Origin: an uncultured Verrucomicrobiae bacterium
GTDB lineage: Bacteria > Verrucomicrobiota > Verrucomicrobiia > Chthoniobacterales > Chthoniobacteraceae
Assembly (NCBI GenBank): GCA_963769025.1
Contig: CAVYKI010000003.1
Location: forward strand, 288,001 to 352,000
Length of the DNA: 64,000 bases
Direction: 5' to 3'
The notes below the pieces were generated by a model, which ran no database searches, was not told where the DNA came from, and saw only the letters and a list, made by a program, of their open reading frames with translations. The translations under genes and the position numbers were made by a program. Positions 14,683-24,458 of this stretch are shown here, in pieces (within the stretch, counting starts at the first letter, position 1; every line of letters begins with the position of its first letter).

Positions 14683-17600
14683 ATGAAACGTCCGCTCGCA
14701 TTCTCCGTCGCCACGCTGCTCGCTGCAGCCGCCCCCGTTTTCGCCGCGCCGCCGCCGGCACCCGCTGGCGCGCCTGCGCCTGTCTCGCATGGCGACGGAA
14801 AGGCCGAGGCCGGCGCAAAGGACGGGGCGAACGCGATCAAGACGTTCAAGTACGATGCGGGGATGAAGGTCGAGCTCTGGGCGAATGAGCCGCTGCTCTC
14901 GAATCCGGTGGCGTTTTCGACGGACGATCGCGGACGTTGGTTCGTCGCGGAAAGCTACCGGCAGGAGGGACGCCAGGTGAATGGCAAGCCCACGATCGGC
15001 GGCGTGGTGGACAACCGCGGCCACATGAACTGGCTGGATGCGGACATCGCGGCGCGCACGACCGACGAGCGGCTCGCGATGATGCGCAAGTTTTACCCCG
15101 ACCCGAAAAAGTTCACCGAAGCGTTCGAGACGCATGAGGACCGCGTCGTCGTCGTCGAGGACACAAAGGGTGCCGGGCGCGCGGACAAGAGCACCATATT
15201 CGCCGACGGCTTCCGCGATCCGCTCGACGGCACGGGGGCGGGCATCCTCGCTCGCGGGAATGAAGTGTGGTGGACATGCATCCCGAACCTCTGGCGTTTC
15301 ACCGACTCGAACGGCGACGGCAAGGCCGACACGAGGGACAAGCTGCTCTCGGGCTTCGGCGTGAAGTTCGCCTTCCGCGGGCACGACATGCACGGGCTGC
15401 GCTTCGGGCCGGACGGGAAGCTCTACTGGAGCATCGGCGACCGCGGGCTGAACGTGAAGAGCAAGGAAGGCAGGCAGTCCGAGGTGACAGACACCGGAGC
15501 GATCATGCGGTGCAATCCCGACGGCACGGACTTCGAGGTGTTCGCGACGGGCGTGCGCAATCCGCAGGAGCTGGCGTTCGATGAGTTCGGCAATCTCTTC
15601 ACCGGCGACAACAACTCGGACAGCGGCGACAAGGCGCGCTTCGCGCAGCTCGTCGAGGGCGGCGACTCCGGCTGGCGCATGACTTTCCAATACCTCGAGG
15701 ATCGGGGCCCGTGGAACCGCGAGCTGCTGTGGGATGAGAAGGAAGGGCAAAAGGCGCGCTACATCGTGCCGCCGATCGCGAATCTCAGCAACGGCCCGAG
15801 CGGGCTCACTTACAATCCCGGCACCGGCCTTTCGAAAAAATACGCGGGCAAATTTTACCTGAGCGATTTCCGCGGCGGCGCGAGCGCGAGCGTGGTGCAC
15901 GAGATCGCGCTGGAGCCGGCAGGCGCGTTTTTCAAACTGAAGAATCGGCGCGATGTCATCAAGGGCGTGCTGACGACGGACGTGGAGTTTGGCACCGACG
16001 GGGCGCTCTACGTGCTCGACTGGGTGGAAGGCTGGAGCGGCGTGGACAAGGGCCGCATCTTCAAGTTCACGACACCCGACGCCGACGCGGCGAAGCAGGC
16101 CGAGGTAAAGAAACTGCTCGCCGAAGGCATGGCCGCGCGCCCGGCGGCCGAGCTCGAAAAACTCCTCGCGCACGACGACCAGCGCATCCGGCAGGGCGCG
16201 CAATTCCAGCTCGCGGCAAAGGCCGACACGGAGACGCTCACGCGCGCGGCAACATCCGGGCCGTCCACGCTCGCGCGCGTGCATGGCGTGTGGGGCCTCG
16301 GGCAGCTCGCGAAGAAGCAGCCGCAGGCGCTCACGACGGTGGCGGCGCTGCTCGGCGACAAGGATGGCGAAGTGCGCGCGCAGGCGGCGCGGGTGCTCGG
16401 CGATCACCATTTCAAGGGCGCCTATGACCGGCTCATCGCACTGCTGAAGGACGCGTCCCCGAGGGCGCGCTTCTACGCGGGCATCGCGCTCGGCAAGACG
16501 GGATACAAGCCCGCGGTCGATCCGCTTTTTGCCATGCTCGCGGAAAATGCGGACAAGGATCCCATCCTCCGGCACGCGGGCATCATGGGCCTGACGGGTT
16601 GCGCGGACGCGGCGACGCTCGCGGCGCGGGCGAACCACGCCAGCGCATCCGTGCGCGGGGCCGCGGTCGTGGCGTTGCGCAGGCTGCAGAGTCCGCAGGT
16701 CGCGGCGTTCCTGAAGGACGCGGATCCGTCGGTGGTCCTCGAAGCGGCCCGTGCGATCTACGATATGCCGATCCCCGAGGCGATGCCGGCGCTCGCGGCA
16801 CTGCTCGGCGACAGGAAAATCGCGGACCGCAACATCCTGCTCCGCTCGGTGAATGCGAACTACCGCCTCGGCCATGCGCCGAACGCCAAGGCGCTCGCGG
16901 CCTATGCGGCGGACAACGCCGCGCACACCGCCGGCCGCAGGGAGGCGCTCACCGCCCTCGCGGCATGGGCAAACCCGAATCCGAAGGACCGCCTGCTCTA
17001 CCTCTGGCGTCCGCTGCCGGCGCGCACGAACGCCGATGCCGTGGCGGCACTGACGCCGGTGATTTCCGCGATCCTCCAAAGCGCACCCGGCAACGTGCAG
17101 GAGAGCGCCGCGCTGGCTGCGGCAAAGCTCGCGCTTCGCAGCGGCAACGACGCGCTGTTTGCCCTCGTGAACGACGAGAAGGCCACCAAGGCGGCCCGCA
17201 CCGAAGCCCTTCGCACGCTCGCCTCGCTGAAGGATCCGCGCCTCGCTCAGGCGGCGAAGGAGGCCCTCACGGACCGCGATCCGAAATTGCGCGCCGAGGG
17301 GCTGAAGGCGCTTGTGGCCGCCGATCCCGTCGCCGCGCTGACGACGGTGAGCGAGGTCCTTTCCTCAAACGCGCCGGTGATGGAGAAGCAGGGCGCCGTG
17401 GCCGCACTCGCGGAAAGCCGCACGCCCGAAGCGGAGAAGCTCCTCGCGGGTCTGATGGACAGCCTCATCGCCGGCAAACTCGCCGCCGAGGTGCAGCTCG
17501 ACGTGTATGAGGCGGCGAAAAAGCGGCCCGGCCTGTCGGCGAAAATCCAGCAGTGGACGGCCTCGCTTCCCAAGGCCGATCCCCTCGCGAACTACCGGCT

Positions 17601-18042
17601 CTCGCTCGCGGGCGGCGACGCGGAGCGCGGAAAGAAAATCTTCCGCGAGCACCAGACCGCACAGTGTTTCAAGTGCCACCAATGCGAGGGCGGCGACAGT
17701 CTCGTCGGTCCCGACCTCACGAAGATCGGCGCGACCAAGGACCGCAACTCGATCCTGGAGAGCATCGTCTTTCCAAACCAGGCGATCTCCGAGGGATTCC
17801 AAATCGTCGTGCTCGAACTGACCGACGGCGCGACGGTCGTCGGCCGGCTGATGCGAGAGACGAAGGATCAGCTCCAGGTCGTGACGGTCGATGAGACCGG
17901 CAAGCAGCAGACCGTCAACGTCCCGGCGAAGAAGGTGAAGAGCCGGGTCAGCGCGCCCTCGCCGATGCCGGAGATCATCCGCGATCAACTCAGCCGCACG
18001 GAGCTCCGGGATGTCCTCGAATACCTCGCCAACAGGAAGTAG
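14683..18042 (+). CDS. PVC-type membrane-bound dehydrogenase-domain / HEAT-repeat / cytochrome c (CxxCH) protein
   Basis: Signal peptide; VELWANEPLLSNPVAF, FGPDGKLY, GVRNPQELAFDEFGNLFTGDN; HEAT-like repeats; CFKCH, GPDLT, SPMP. Confidence 0.9.
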   Translation: MKRPLAFSVATLLAAAAPVFAAPPPAPAGAPAPVSHGDGKAEAGAKDGANAIKTFKYDAGMKVELWANEPLLSNPVAFSTDDRGRWFVAESYRQEGRQVNGKPTIGGVVDNRGHMNWLDADIAARTTDERLAMMRKFYPDPKKFTEAFETHEDRVVVVEDTKGAGRADKSTIFADGFRDPLDGTGAGILARGNEVWWTCIPNLWRFTDSNGDGKADTRDKLLSGFGVKFAFRGHDMHGLRFGPDGKLYWSIGDRGLNVKSKEGRQSEVTDTGAIMRCNPDGTDFEVFATGVRNPQELAFDEFGNLFTGDNNSDSGDKARFAQLVEGGDSGWRMTFQYLEDRGPWNRELLWDEKEGQKARYIVPPIANLSNGPSGLTYNPGTGLSKKYAGKFYLSDFRGGASASVVHEIALEPAGAFFKLKNRRDVIKGVLTTDVEFGTDGALYVLDWVEGWSGVDKGRIFKFTTPDADAAKQAEVKKLLAEGMAARPAAELEKLLAHDDQRIRQGAQFQLAAKADTETLTRAATSGPSTLARVHGVWGLGQLAKKQPQALTTVAALLGDKDGEVRAQAARVLGDHHFKGAYDRLIALLKDASPRARFYAGIALGKTGYKPAVDPLFAMLAENADKDPILRHAGIMGLTGCADAATLAARANHASASVRGAAVVALRRLQSPQVAAFLKDADPSVVLEAARAIYDMPIPEAMPALAALLGDRKIADRNILLRSVNANYRLGHAPNAKALAAYAADNAAHTAGRREALTALAAWANPNPKDRLLYLWRPLPARTNADAVAALTPVISAILQSAPGNVQESAALAAAKLALRSGNDALFALVNDEKATKAARTEALRTLASLKDPRLAQAAKEALTDRDPKLRAEGLKALVAADPVAALTTVSEVLSSNAPVMEKQGAVAALAESRTPEAEKLLAGLMDSLIAGKLAAEVQLDVYEAAKKRPGLSAKIQQWTASLPKADPLANYRLSLAGGDAERGKKIFREHQTAQCFKCHQCEGGDSLVGPDLTKIGATKDRNSILESIVFPNQAISEGFQIVVLELTDGATVVGRLMRETKDQLQVVTVDETGKQQTVNVPAKKVKSRVSAPSPMPEIIRDQLSRTELRDVLEYLANRK

Positions 18043-20140
18043 GCCCCGGCGCGCGTCGGTCGCGTTGGCGCTGGCGTTTGCCTGCCTGCTGCCCGCGTTG
18101 CAGGCCGCGGAACCGGCGAACACTCCGCGCGCGAACCGGCAGCTTGCGGATTACTTCTCCCGCGCAGTCACTCGGATCGAAAGTCTTCCGCTCGCCGAGC
18201 CGGCTTCTGCCGAGCAGTGGGAGACGACGCGCACCGCGATGCGGCGGCAGCTCGCGGAGATGCTCGGCCTGGACCCGATGCCGGAGCGCACGCCGCTGAA
18301 GGTGGAGAAAACGGGCGAGGTGCGCGGCGAAGGCTTCACCGTGGAGAACCTGCACTACCAGTCGCTGCCGGGGCTCTACGTGACGGCAAATCTTTACCGC
18401 CCGGAAAAATCCGAAGGCCGGCTGCCCGCGATCCTCTACGTCTGCGGCCACAGCAACGTGATGAAGGACGGCGTGAGCCTCGGCAACAAGACGGGCTACC
18501 AGCACCACGGCGAATGGTTTGCGCGGCACGGCTACGTGTGCCTCGTCATCGACACCGTGCAGCTCGGCGAGATCCGAGGCGATCACCACGGCACGTATTC
18601 GAAAGGACGCTGGTGGTGGTTTTCGCGCGGCTACACGCCCGCGGGCGCCGAGGCGTGGAACGGCATCCGCGGGCTCGACTACCTCGTATCGCGTCCCGAC
18701 GTGGATCCCGAGCGGCTCGGCGTGACGGGCCGCAGCGGCGGCGGCGCCTATTCGTGGTGGATCGCCGCGCTCGATGACCGCGTGAAGGTCGCCGCGCCGA
18801 CCGCGGGCATCACGACGCTGCACAACCACGTGGTGGACGGCGCGGTCGAGGGACACTGCGACTGCATGTTCATGGTGAACACGTATCGCTGGGACTACGA
18901 CCGGGTCGCCGCGCTCGTCGCGCCGCGCGCACTGCTGATTTCCAACACGGACAAGGACTCCATCTTCCCGCTCGATGGCGTGGTCTCCATCTACAACAGC
19001 ACGCGCCGCATTTACCGCGCGCTCGGCGCGGAGGCAAAAATCGGGCTCCAGATCGCCGAGGGGCCGCACAAGGACACGCAGCCGCTGAACGCGGGCGCGT
19101 TCCACTGGTTCGAGCGCTGGCTCAAAGGCGCGGACCCGATGGCGGTGCTCGACGAGGGCGCGACCAAGCGCCTCCAGCCGGAGCAGCTCCGCGTCTTCAC
19201 GAAGCTGCCCGACGACGAAAGGAACACGTCCATCGACACGGAATTCGTCCCTGCGGCACGCTCGCCCGCGGCACCCGCCGACGGAGCGGCGTGGGGGAAG
19301 CTCCGCGACTCGTGGATGAAGGCGCTGCGCGAGAAAAGCTTCGCCGCATGGCCGGCCAGTCCCGCCGACCTGAACCTCCGCGACGCCGGCACCGCCGAGC
19401 ATGATGGCGTGGTCCTGCGCGCGTGGGATTTCACCCCGCAGGCGCCGTGGACGCTGCGGCTCTACATCGCGCACCCCGCCAAGATGAAGCCCGAGGACCT
19501 CGACCTCGTGGCGCTCAATGTCCTCGACGAAAATGCGTGGCAGGACTTCCGGCACATGATGGCCGGGCATTTCCCGAAACTCTTCCCGCCGTCCGAGCGG
19601 ACGGGGGCAGACGGGCAGGGATTCGCCGACGAGAAGAAGATGTTCGAGGCCTCGAAATGGGCGATGGCCTACGTGTGCCCGCGCGGCATCGGCCCCACGG
19701 CGTGGACCGGCTCGGACAAGCAGCAGGCACACCGCCTCCGCCGCTTTTACCTGCTCGGCGAGACGCTCGACTCCATGCAGACTTGGGACATCCGCCGCGC
19801 CATCGCCGCATTGCGCGCGACGCCATTCGGCAGGCCCGCGCTCTGGCTGCAATCGCAGCAGACGATGGCCGGCAACACGCTCTACGCATCCCTCTTTGAA
19901 GATGGAATCGCGCGGCTCGACCTGCACCGGCTCCCGGCGTCGCACGAGATCGGGCCGGTCTATCTGAACGTCCTCAAGTACCTCGACATCCCGCAGGCCG
20001 CGGCGATGGCGGCGGAACGCACCCGCGTGCGGATCTACACGCCGCAGAAGTCCGCATGGACCTTCCCCGCGCAGGTCGCGGAAAAGCTCGACTGGAAAAA
20101 GGCCTTCGAGCTGCGCGACCCCCTCGCCCCGCCGCAGTAA
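18011..20140 (+). CDS. Secreted two-module alpha/beta hydrolase (acetylxylan esterase-like)
   Basis: LHYQSLPGLYVTANLYRP, YVCGH, RGLDYLVSRPDVDPERLGVTGRSGGG nucleophile elbow. Confidence 0.85.
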   Translation: MSSNTSPTGSRPRRASVALALAFACLLPALQAAEPANTPRANRQLADYFSRAVTRIESLPLAEPASAEQWETTRTAMRRQLAEMLGLDPMPERTPLKVEKTGEVRGEGFTVENLHYQSLPGLYVTANLYRPEKSEGRLPAILYVCGHSNVMKDGVSLGNKTGYQHHGEWFARHGYVCLVIDTVQLGEIRGDHHGTYSKGRWWWFSRGYTPAGAEAWNGIRGLDYLVSRPDVDPERLGVTGRSGGGAYSWWIAALDDRVKVAAPTAGITTLHNHVVDGAVEGHCDCMFMVNTYRWDYDRVAALVAPRALLISNTDKDSIFPLDGVVSIYNSTRRIYRALGAEAKIGLQIAEGPHKDTQPLNAGAFHWFERWLKGADPMAVLDEGATKRLQPEQLRVFTKLPDDERNTSIDTEFVPAARSPAAPADGAAWGKLRDSWMKALREKSFAAWPASPADLNLRDAGTAEHDGVVLRAWDFTPQAPWTLRLYIAHPAKMKPEDLDLVALNVLDENAWQDFRHMMAGHFPKLFPPSERTGADGQGFADEKKMFEASKWAMAYVCPRGIGPTAWTGSDKQQAHRLRRFYLLGETLDSMQTWDIRRAIAALRATPFGRPALWLQSQQTMAGNTLYASLFEDGIARLDLHRLPASHEIGPVYLNVLKYLDIPQAAAMAAERTRVRIYTPQKSAWTFPAQVAEKLDWKKAFELRDPLAPPQ

Positions 20141-20539
20141 GAAAACTCCGCCCCGAAGGCGGCAAATCGGAAGCCGGAAGCACCCGCCGTCACACGCGCA
20201 TCCGTTCCCTACGCGTGCTCAGGCGACGGCCCTTCTAGTTGGACTTCTTCTTCTCCAAGTCAGTGAGCCGCTGACGCAACTCTCGCAATTCCCGTTGCAT
20301 CTGCGCTGCGCACCTTCCCCCGAAGAACCAAACCAACCACCAAACAGCCCCAACCAACCAAGAACTCTCATAGCGAGTGGATCAAGAACCGGGGGCAGGC
20401 CAGGGGGTTCGCCGGCGAAATGACAACGACGGATGCCTCCCCGGCAATGAGCCGTCCGGCCAAACCCAAGCACCGACCCAACACAATCCACTCAGTTCAC
20501 CAAACTTCCATCTTGCCCCCTTTCATAGGGGTTAGGCCC

Positions 20540-21518
20540 CTATTCGCCATTGGCGGCACGAAGTTGCTGCGCGGCGGTCAGATAGTAGTTCCGGCCGGTG
20601 GCAGTCACCAAATGTTCAGCGAGCACTTCAAGGGCATCTGCCTTGAGCAACTTCGGCACCTTCGATTTCGGGTCGAGCGCAATCAAGTGGTCGCACAACT
20701 GGGCGCACCACTGAGCGTCCCCCGTCTTCAGAGCTTCGCGCGCACGATCTCCCAACTGCTCAACGCCGCCCGCGAGTTCCGCCATCCGCTTGGCTTCCTC
20801 CGCTGGGGGAAGCGAAAGAGATGCGTCGGGTTGCCGTCGAACCAGCCCAGAGTTCCCGCGAAGATGGATCGAACCGCCCATTCGACGTTCCCGTAGAATT
20901 CGCGGAGGTAATCCTGCGACGCGAGTTCCGGCGGCAGTTTCACCGAATGCACCAATTCGTCGGGCGTCATTCCCTTGTTCATCCCGGCAATCGTGGCGTC
21001 GAAGACATGGCGAATCGCTTTGATGTAGTTTCCCAGCACTTCCGTCGTCTCCGCCTCTCCGACGACGGGGAGAGTATGCCCCGGCACGGCGTGCATCGGC
21101 TTTTCAGCGAGCATCATTTCGAGGCTGCGAATCCACTCGAGCACATCGCGATAGGCGGCGCCTCGGATGGCATAGATGTTCGGCCATGAGCGATAGAAGT
21201 TGTCGCCGGTAAAGACGACTGGGTAAGGATGACTCCCGCCACTAGCAATTGGGTGACCTTGCGAAACTCCTTCATTACCGCCCGCGCGTGATCCGGAAAC
21301 ATCCCGGTATCCACGATCACAATGCCCTCGGTGCCGATGATCATTGAGATGTTCGCAGGGCTGTAGCCGGAGGCGCAATACACGGACTTGGATACCTGCG
21401 TGATGGTGGGGAGCAGAGCTTTCGAGCGCTCCTTGAGCAGCTTCGTCGCGACAGTTTCCTCGGAGCGGGATGCGAGGGACAGCGTGAGTAAGGCAACGGT
21501 GATTAAGATAAGTTTCAT
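20540..21518 (-). pseudogene. Alkyl/aryl sulfatase (SdsA1-type metallo-beta-lactamase fold) with an internal deletion at ~21220 and a frameshift at ~20815
   Basis: N-part IVIVDTG...VILT breaks off before HxHxDH; resumes at VVFTGDNFYRSWPNIYAIRG, VPGH, EFYGNVEWAVRSIF..GWFDGNP and the dimerisation helices (ATGRNYYL). Confidence 0.85.
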
Positions 21519-21967
21519 GCTAGAATGGGGGGATGATGCTCAGTGGCCTTGTATCCCGCTTTCATGCCGGAAACGAGATGTCAGAGCGGGGCGATTTCGG
21601 GGACGGTGGGAACGCTTTCGGGAGGCTACAGATACCTGAGGTCACCGCGGCAGCAGCCCCGCCGCGACACTGTTCGTTGGATCGGTCCCCCGGCTTCTTT
21701 GTCCACGCCGGAGAGTATCTGAGGCCACCGCGGCGTTGCTGCTGCGGCGAGCCCGCATTGACAAGGTCGGTCGAGGACATCTGCACGGAGTCGGGTTCGC
21801 GAAGGCTGCACACTAAACCCAAATCCACCGCATGAAACAACCCGTAAAACCGCTTCCGAAATCATGCGAACGGGGGGCCGCGATGGACACGCCTTTCACC
21901 AATGACCCGCCGACGCTCGCGGACATCGAACTGCTGGCGGCGCTGCGGAGGTAGGGGATCCGCCGAG

Positions 21968-22068
21968 GTAGGGCGGCTTCGCGGAAGCCGCCGATGTCGA
22001 GAGGTGGAGGCGTGCGGCACGGAGGCTGAACTTGAGGAAGTGGGCTCTTTCGGCGAAAGCGCCCTGCC
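21968..22068. repeat. Second GTAG-type REP doublet
   Basis: GTAG+ggcggcttc-gcg-gaagccgcc hairpin (21968-21992); inverted partner gggctctttc-ggc-gaaagcgccc-tgcc (22042-22068). Confidence 0.7.
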
Positions 22069-22119
22069 TTGGGCACGTTCGTGCTTTGCGGGGCGGCGGT
22101 TTTGCGGCAACGGGGATGG

Positions 22120-22899
22120 GTGAACCGCCGATCGCTCCTCCTGCTGCTGCCGATGTTGCTTTTCGCCGCGTGCGAAAAATCCGGCCCCGCGCCGCTGCGC
22201 GTGGGGATGGACATGAGCTATCCGCCCTTCGAGATGCGTGACACGAAGGGCGAGCCGGCGGGCGTGAGCGTGGACCTCGCACGGGCGCTGGGCGAATACC
22301 TCGGGCGGCCGGTGGTGTTTGAAAACATGCCGTTCAGCGGGCTGGTGGTGGCGCTGAAGACGGGGCGCATCGACACGATCATTTCATCGATGACCGCGAC
22401 GGAGGAGGGCGGGCGCAGCGTGGAATTTTCCGAGCCGTACGTGCGCACCGGGCTGTGCCTGCTCGTCGGCGCGAAGAGCGATGTGGGTGGCATCGGCGAC
22501 CTCGACGCGGAGGGGAAAAGGATCGCGGTGGTGCGCGGGACGACGGGGCAGCTCTGGGCGAAGGCGAATCTGAAAAAGGCGGCGGTGCTCGATCTCGAAA
22601 AGGAGACGGCGTGCGTGCTCGAGGTGACGCAGGGGAAGGCCGACGCATTCATCTACGACCAGATGTCCACGTTGCGAAACTGGGAGGCGAATCCCGACAC
22701 GACGCGGGCGCTGCTGAAGCCGTTCCGCGAGGAGGCGTGGGCCGTCGCGATGCAGAAGGGCAACGTGGAGCTGAAGGCGAAGGTGGACGCGTTCATCGCG
22801 AAGTTCCGCGCCGACGGGGGCTTTGAGCGGCTCGGCGAAAAGTGGCTGAAGGAGCAGCGCGCGACCTTTGCGAGGCTCGGGGTGCCGTTTGTGTTTTAG
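22120..22899 (+). CDS. Polar amino-acid ABC transporter substrate-binding lipoprotein (family 3)
   Basis: Lipobox LFAAC; LRVGMDMSYPPFEM, GVSVDLARAL, ALKTGRIDTIISSMT, GTTG, GKADAFIYD; GTG start inferred. Confidence 0.9.
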   Translation: MNRRSLLLLLPMLLFAACEKSGPAPLRVGMDMSYPPFEMRDTKGEPAGVSVDLARALGEYLGRPVVFENMPFSGLVVALKTGRIDTIISSMTATEEGGRSVEFSEPYVRTGLCLLVGAKSDVGGIGDLDAEGKRIAVVRGTTGQLWAKANLKKAAVLDLEKETACVLEVTQGKADAFIYDQMSTLRNWEANPDTTRALLKPFREEAWAVAMQKGNVELKAKVDAFIAKFRADGGFERLGEKWLKEQRATFARLGVPFVF

Positions 22900-23792
22900 C
22901 GGTCTGCCTGGAAGTCGCTGAGCAGGATTTCGAGCGGCTCCGGAGTCACGGAGAGATCCAGCCATTCGAGGCCGCGCTCCTTGCGGAACCAGGTGAGCTG
23001 GCGGCGCGCGTACTGGCGCGTGGACTGGCGGATGGCTTCCTGGCATTCGTCGCGCGTCAGCTTTCCTGCGAGGTGCGCGCGGATCTCGGCGAGGCCGAGC
23101 ATCTGCGCGGCGGTGGGGCCGGTTTCGCCGATGGCGGCGACTTCGTCGATCACGCCTGCGGCGAACATGGCTGCGGTGCGCGCGTGGATGGCCGCGTGCA
23201 GTTCGTCACGCGACCGCGTGAGGACGAAGCCGCGCGGGGCGACGTCACCGGACCATTCGGTGCGGAAGCTGGAAAACGGGCGGCCGGTGAGCAGGCAGAC
23301 TTCGAGCGCACGGATGACGCGGCGAGGATTCCGCATGTCCACGGTGCTCGCGGGATCGAGCGAAAGCAGCCGCGCGACGAGCGCGGGAAGCGGTTCCTTT
23401 TCGAGCGAAGCGCGCAATTCCGCATCGGCGCCGGGCAGCGGCGCGAGGCCGTGCGTGAGCGCGCGGATGTAGAGCCCGGTGCCGCCGCAGACGACGGGCA
23501 CGCGGCCGCGCGCGGAGATCTGCGCGATGCATTCGCGGGCGCGGGCGAGCCACTGCGCGACATCGAAGGCCGCGGTGAGCGGCACCTCGCCGATGAGGTG
23601 ATGCGGGACGCGGGCGCGCAATTCCGGCGGCGGCTTTGCGCTGAGCAGATCGAGCCCGGCGTAAACCTGGAATGCATCGGCACCGACGATCTCGCCGCCG
23701 ATCCGCTCCGCGAACTCGACGGCGATCCGGCTTTTCCCGACGGCAGTCGGGCCGGGCAGGAAGAATGGGGCGTGGGTGTTATCCGCAGGCAC
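22896..23792 (-). CDS. miaA: tRNA dimethylallyltransferase
   Basis: GPTAVGKS, ADAFQVY, VPHHLI, GGTGLY, NPRRVIRALEV, TRQYARRQLTWFR. Confidence 0.96.
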   Translation of the reverse strand: MPADNTHAPFFLPGPTAVGKSRIAVEFAERIGGEIVGADAFQVYAGLDLLSAKPPPELRARVPHHLIGEVPLTAAFDVAQWLARARECIAQISARGRVPVVCGGTGLYIRALTHGLAPLPGADAELRASLEKEPLPALVARLLSLDPASTVDMRNPRRVIRALEVCLLTGRPFSSFRTEWSGDVAPRGFVLTRSRDELHAAIHARTAAMFAAGVIDEVAAIGETGPTAAQMLGLAEIRAHLAGKLTRDECQEAIRQSTRQYARRQLTWFRKERGLEWLDLSVTPEPLEILLSDFQADR

Positions 23793-23857
23793 ATGTCCCT
23801 CTCGCGGGAAAGGCGGCGCATTTCAACCACGGAGCGGAGCCGCGGCGGAATCCGTAC

Positions 23858-23899
23858 AAAAAGAAACGGGAGCCCCGCAGGTCGCAGGGCTCCCGTTTT
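23858..23899. terminator. Intrinsic terminator downstream of the RRM gene, potentially bidirectional
   Basis: aaacgggagccc (23864-23875) / gggctcccgttt (23887-23898) 12-bp stem with A/T tracts on both sides. Confidence 0.85.
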
Positions 23900-23921
23900 G
23901 AAGAATCGCGATGCAGGCCGG

Positions 23922-24458
23922 CTACACGCGCGGGTCGCGCACGCCGTCGGAGCGGGAGCCGGTCACGACGAGCTTGCGGCCCATGAAGTCCTTGTCGTGC
24001 AGCGTATCGACGGCGCGGACGGCTTCGTCCACGGTCGTCATCGTGACGAAGCCGAAGCCTTTCGAACGATAGGTGTCCTTGTGCGTGACGATTTCGGCGT
24101 TCTGGACCTTGCCGACGCCGTTGAAGAGCTCGGACAGATCGCTCTCGGTGGCTTCGTAGTTGAGGTTGCCGACGTAGAGCTTCGGCGAGGTGACCTCGAC
24201 GCGCTCCGGCGGGCTGGCGCGCCGGCGATCGCCCTGCGGCCGATCCGCCTGCGAACGGGTCTGCTCAGAACGGGCCGGGGCCTTGGTTTTCTTCGCCGGT
24301 CCGGCTCCGAAAAAGGCGAGGATCTTGTGCCAGAACGAAACTTTCTTCGGCTGCTCGGGGCGTTGGTCGCGCCGGTTTTCTGAATCGCGGTATTGGGGGC
24401 GGCGGCGTCCGCCGTTGTTGCGGCGGGGGCCACGGGCCCGTGTGTCGTTGGATTTCAT
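23922..24458 (-). CDS. RRM RNA-binding protein with an Arg-rich N-terminal extension
   Basis: RNP2 KLYVGNL and RNP1 KGFGFVTM; start at MKSND inferred. Confidence 0.92.
   Translation of the reverse strand: MKSNDTRARGPRRNNGGRRRPQYRDSENRRDQRPEQPKKVSFWHKILAFFGAGPAKKTKAPARSEQTRSQADRPQGDRRRASPPERVEVTSPKLYVGNLNYEATESDLSELFNGVGKVQNAEIVTHKDTYRSKGFGFVTMTTVDEAVRAVDTLHDKDFMGRKLVVTGSRSDGVRDPRV

Noticed and set aside
20380..20390. In-frame TGA in the small minus-strand membrane ORF as selenocysteine or readthrough
   Set aside because: No redox motif or recognisable SECIS; the region looks like gene debris
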